NCBI GenBank assembly: GCA_020137815.1
Contig: CM035350.1
Coordinates: 1,798,001 to 1,862,000, forward strand
DNA from: Hormiphora californensis
Taxonomy: Eukaryota; Animalia; Ctenophora
DNA length: 64,000 nucleotides
Direction of reading: 5' to 3'
Shown here: positions 59,851 to 64,000 of the stretch, piece by piece
Layout of the letters: each line of letters begins with the position of its first letter
How positions within the stretch are numbered: position 1 is the stretch's first letter
Notes under the pieces: generated by a model
The model's input: the letters and a program-made list of their open reading frames with translations, nothing else
What the model was told of the DNA's origin: nothing
Databases searched by the model: none
Program-made: the position numbers and the translations under genes

Positions 59851-62800
59851 ATGACGGACATGGAGGACAATGACAAAGCCCTCAATGAACGGAAGCCCGA
59901 GGCTAAAGCAACCCCCTACATGTATGTTGTTACTGCACAGAAAGCTACCGCCACTAACGTCGCCATTACAGCTAATTTCACCGGACCAGACGATCTCAAT
60001 TTAATACTGGCCAAGAACACTAAAGTTGAGATTCACATCGTTTCCCCCGAGGGTCTTAGACACTACATGGACCTGGACATAAATGGGTGTGTGACATGCC
60101 TTCAGAGTTTTCGTCCCAAGGGAGAGAGTTGTGATTTGGTGTTCGTTTTGACGAAACGGTATCACGTGTTTATTATTCAGTACAAGGACAAGGAACTGAT
60201 AACACGAACATATGGCATGGTTGAGGATAGCATTGGTAAACCAACCGACATTGGTGGAATCGGTTTAGTGGATCCTGACTGTAAACTTATTGGTTTGAGG
60301 TTATACGAGGGCTTACTGAAGATCATACCACTAGACTCTGTGAAACAGAAGGATCCCAAAGAACTGAAATCATTGAACATCAGAATAGAGGAGCTGAATA
60401 TTATCGATATTAAGTTCTTGGAGGGGTGTAAAGCTCCCACAATAGCCTACATCTATCAAACACAAAAGGGAACCCGCCACATAAAAACATTTGAGGTATC
60501 TTATGCCAATAAGGAATTCATGAAGGGTCCCTGGAAGTTGACAAACGTTGAAGCAAACGCCAACCTCATAATCCCAGTCCGAGGTCCCCTGTACGGTGCG
60601 ATAGTTATTGGTCTCAGCACTGTATCCTACTGTAAATCAGATACCTTCTTCTCTGCCTCTCCCATTGTACTCAAGGACTGTGTCATTACCACTCACTGTG
60701 TTATTGATAGCCACCGGTACCTGTGTGCGGATGAGCGAGGTCGTCTGTTTGTTCTGACCCTAGTGACAGATGGTGATGATAATGTTACTGATATTCAGAT
60801 GATACTGATAGGGGAGACCACCATCGCCTCCTGCCTCGCGTATCTGGACAACTCTGTTGTGTATGTGGGTAGTGCCCAGGGTGACAGTCAGCTGATTAAG
60901 ATCAACCCCATCAGGAATACTGCAGTAGGTGCGGGGTGGACGGAGGAGCATCTAACTGTCCTAGAGACATACCCTAATCTAGGGTCTATCCTTGACATGT
61001 GCATTGTTGATGCAGACAAACAACCACAACTTGTTACCTGTTCAGGTCGTGATAAGGAGGGTTCACTGAGAATAGTTCGGTGTGGTATTGGCATTCAGGA
61101 GCTGGCTTCAATCGATATTCCTGGGATAAAGGGTATTTGGCCCGTTAGCATCAAACAGGGCGGTATAACAGGACAGGATAACGCCCTAGTTGTCACCTTC
61201 ATGGGTTACACCAGAATGTTGTATTTCGATGGGGAGGAGGTGGAGGAGGTGGAGAGTCGGGCACTGCTTTCCAACCAACAGACCCTGTATAGTGGTATGA
61301 CGGCTAGTGGTCAGATAATCCAAGTTTGCTCCTCCCGGATCACCCTGATTGACGCCCAGACTCTGGGGACGGTAGCAGAGTGGCACCCTCCAGAGAGGAT
61401 CGATCATGTGGGGTGTAACAGAACACAGTGTGTCGTCTCCACCGGTAACAGGATCTGCTACTTTGATGTGGGTAATGGGGCCATAACTCAGCTGTCTACC
61501 ACGGAGCTGAGCCATGATGTTGCGTGTATTGATGTCACTCCTCTGGAGGGTGATAAGAGTTTGTATTGTGCCCTGGCGTGTTGGGTAGATGGATCCATCA
61601 AGGTGTACTCTCTACCTGATTTCCAGGAGCTACACTCCCACGAGCTGGGTGGTGAGGTGGTCGTCAAATCTGTTCTCATGTGTCCATTTGACGGGAGTTC
61701 CTACCTCCTAGCTACCCTTGGAGACGGCTCACTCTTCTATTGTGACATTGACCCTGAGACGGGGAAACTTAGTAAGAAGAAGAAGATTGCTCTGGGAATC
61801 CACTCAACCTCTCTCCGACTATTCCACGCATTTGAAGCTAACCACGTCTTTGCCTGCTCCGACCGTCCTACTGTTATCTACAGCAACTCCAATAAGCTTG
61901 TGTTCAGTACAGTTAACATGACTGATATAAACCACATGTGCCCCTTGAACACCAGCGCTTACCCGGGCGCACTAGCTCTGGCAAGTTCCTCAGGACTGTG
62001 TGTGGGAAGTGTTGCTGCGATTCAGAAACTCCACATTCAGACTGTGCCCATGGGGGAGACACCAAAGAAGATCGCTCACCAGGAGAGCACCAGCACATAT
62101 GGGATAATAACACTACGAAGTAACACCGTCACTGCCCCCAGCGTGTGTACCCTGTGTCCCAATGTCTCTGATAGTGTGGACGGGAACGGTGTTGAAGCAG
62201 CCTCATCTTCAGCTGTCACCCCAGGAGCCAAGGTGAGCAAGAAGGAGGCAGCAGCTACCTCAACTGAGGTTCACAGTCTCGTTGTAATGGACAAGAAGAC
62301 GTATGAAGTGTTACATGTACACAGGTTCCCACCTACTGAGTGGGCTCTCTCTATCTACAGTTATACTCACGGGAACACTGAGTACTTTGTAGTTGGGACA
62401 GGGTACCTGAATGAAGATGAGAGTGAGCCTAAAGTGGGTAGATTACTGGTGTTCAGGTGGGATGGTACCTACCTGAGACAGGTAGCAGGGACTGAGGTAA
62501 TGGGCGCTGTCAACTGTGTTACTGAGGTGTGTGGTAAGATCCTGGCGGGGGTGAACAACAAGGTCACTGTGTTTGAGTTTAAAGAGGACGAGGGGTTGAA
62601 GGTGGAGTGCAAGTATCACAACACCCTCATGGCTCTGTATCTGAGGGCCAGGGGTCGGTTTATCCTGGTGGGGGATCTCCTCCGCTCCATGGCGTTATTA
62701 GTGTATCGTCAGCTAGAGGGCAGGTTAGAGGATATAGCAAAGGACTACCGGGCTAATTGGATGACCCAGGTCGAGATACTGGATGACGAGACGTTCCTAG

Positions 62801-63318
62801 GGGCGGAGCATTGTCACAATCTGTTTGTGTGTGTGAAGGTTGTGGAGGAGGGAGACAGGAAACTCCTCCCCTTTGTAGGGTTGTTCCATCTGGGGGAGAA
62901 TGTCAATGTATTTAGAGAGGGCTCCCTGGTCCTCCAGAACCCATCAGGTGCCCCCTCCCTTGTACACAAAACTGTCCTGTATGGCAGTGCTAACGGTGCA
63001 ATAGGTATTATCGGTTGTATCGAGAAGGACCTGTTTGATCTGCTTCACCAACTCCAGGAATCCCTAGCTGCCATCGTCACCAGTATCGGATGTATCCCTC
63101 ACAGTAAGTGGAGGGAGTTCCAGAATGACCGGCAAAAATCACCTGCCAGGGGATTTATTGATGGAGATCTGATTGAGAAATTCTTGGACTTGCCCCGGTC
63201 AGAGATGAGCAAGATTTGTACCGAGGTGTACTATGATTTTGATGGAACTGGTATGAAGAGACAAGGCACTGTTGATGATATGATCAAGTTAATTGAAGAC
63301 TTAGCTAGAATACATTGA
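59851..63318 (+). CDS. DDB1: DNA damage-binding protein 1, single uninterrupted coding exon, 1155 aa
   Basis: YVVTAQKAT...NFTGPDDLNLILAKNT, IGLRLYEGLLKIIP, IQKLHIQTVPMGETP, GFIDGDLIEKFLD, LIEDLARIH. Confidence 0.99.
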   Translation: MTDMEDNDKALNERKPEAKATPYMYVVTAQKATATNVAITANFTGPDDLNLILAKNTKVEIHIVSPEGLRHYMDLDINGCVTCLQSFRPKGESCDLVFVLTKRYHVFIIQYKDKELITRTYGMVEDSIGKPTDIGGIGLVDPDCKLIGLRLYEGLLKIIPLDSVKQKDPKELKSLNIRIEELNIIDIKFLEGCKAPTIAYIYQTQKGTRHIKTFEVSYANKEFMKGPWKLTNVEANANLIIPVRGPLYGAIVIGLSTVSYCKSDTFFSASPIVLKDCVITTHCVIDSHRYLCADERGRLFVLTLVTDGDDNVTDIQMILIGETTIASCLAYLDNSVVYVGSAQGDSQLIKINPIRNTAVGAGWTEEHLTVLETYPNLGSILDMCIVDADKQPQLVTCSGRDKEGSLRIVRCGIGIQELASIDIPGIKGIWPVSIKQGGITGQDNALVVTFMGYTRMLYFDGEEVEEVESRALLSNQQTLYSGMTASGQIIQVCSSRITLIDAQTLGTVAEWHPPERIDHVGCNRTQCVVSTGNRICYFDVGNGAITQLSTTELSHDVACIDVTPLEGDKSLYCALACWVDGSIKVYSLPDFQELHSHELGGEVVVKSVLMCPFDGSSYLLATLGDGSLFYCDIDPETGKLSKKKKIALGIHSTSLRLFHAFEANHVFACSDRPTVIYSNSNKLVFSTVNMTDINHMCPLNTSAYPGALALASSSGLCVGSVAAIQKLHIQTVPMGETPKKIAHQESTSTYGIITLRSNTVTAPSVCTLCPNVSDSVDGNGVEAASSSAVTPGAKVSKKEAAATSTEVHSLVVMDKKTYEVLHVHRFPPTEWALSIYSYTHGNTEYFVVGTGYLNEDESEPKVGRLLVFRWDGTYLRQVAGTEVMGAVNCVTEVCGKILAGVNNKVTVFEFKEDEGLKVECKYHNTLMALYLRARGRFILVGDLLRSMALLVYRQLEGRLEDIAKDYRANWMTQVEILDDETFLGAEHCHNLFVCVKVVEEGDRKLLPFVGLFHLGENVNVFREGSLVLQNPSGAPSLVHKTVLYGSANGAIGIIGCIEKDLFDLLHQLQESLAAIVTSIGCIPHSKWREFQNDRQKSPARGFIDGDLIEKFLDLPRSEMSKICTEVYYDFDGTGMKRQGTVDDMIKLIEDLARIH

Positions 63319-63697
63319 GGAGAGAGTGAGAGTTGGTATATTTATAGTTCAGTTTACTGTTTTAGAGTATGAAAGTGAGGAAGAGTTAGAGGGTGACTGA
63401 GGAGAAACTGAGAGATATTGATGAGTGGACTGAGGAGAAAGTGATGAGCGGAAAAAAGGGGTGGTATATTTTTTACTCGTCATATCCAGTGAATTAATAA
63501 TTTATTTCTTGTTACAAACACACACCGTAATTTACAGCCTTTTTATTATCTTCTGTCGTGTCCTGATGTTCCCCCTCTCATATCTCCCCCCCATCTCCCC
63601 CTAATCAAAGAAATACCGTCCCCCTTTCTTCCCTATCTCACTAATATAATACCCATCATTTCTCCAATCTCCCTCTCTCTCAGCATCGTGACACATC

Positions 63698-63931
63698 ATG
63701 ACAAGCAAGGCCACTTCAAAAAAGATAACTCTACGAGTACCGGAGAGCAGTACACCCACCATAGTCTGCACCACAAGCGCAGTGGATCGGAACAAGAATT
63801 TCCAGGATAAAACTAAGATAACTTGCTACCAGAACACTTCAGATCCTGACAACCCCAGATTAGCGGGACAGAGAATGCTGCTGATGGATTGTGATGGGAT
63901 TCAAAGCGTTGGGAAATCTTGGGAGTCAAAG
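63698..63931 (+). CDS. POLR1E: First exon of RNA polymerase I subunit RPA49/PAF53 (partial)
   Basis: ITCYQNTSDPDNPRLAGQRMLLMDCDGIQSVGKSW resembles the POLR1E N-terminus as I recall it (FTLYENKDSTNPRKRNQRILAAETDRLSYVGNNF). Followed by a GT donor. Confidence 0.7.
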
Positions 63932-64000
63932 GTATAGTTAATGAGATGTTATAAATGTCGGTTAGGGTTATCTAAACACACCATTTTAACTTCATACCAA

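Overview
Gene-dense animal genomic DNA, probably a cydippid ctenophore such as Pleurobrachia. That assignment rests only on my recollection of a short repeat at 26829-26895 and is unverified. I reconstructed 16 genes by hand: a partial death-domain gene, ERI1, IYD, LARP7, TEN1, ERCC8, a KLHL8-like gene, a secreted VWC/ShKT protein, an atypical Rho GTPase, POLR3K, CABIN1, GPC1, ERLEC1, DNAJC24, DDB1 and the start of POLR1E. There are also many MITEs and (GA)n tracts. Three patterns stand out. (1) Four unrelated genes carry minisatellite arrays whose unit spans an exon-intron junction, giving 7 to 41 tandem splice sites, and a fifth gene has a two-copy junction duplication. (2) Two intronless gene pairs are coupled stop-to-start: TEN1/ERCC8 overlap at ATGA, and DNAJC24/ERLEC1 read TGA-t-ATG. 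Both sit in tight co-oriented clusters where most start codons follow a splice acceptor. (3) About 18 single-base insertions break five intronless conserved genes; these are most likely assembly errors.
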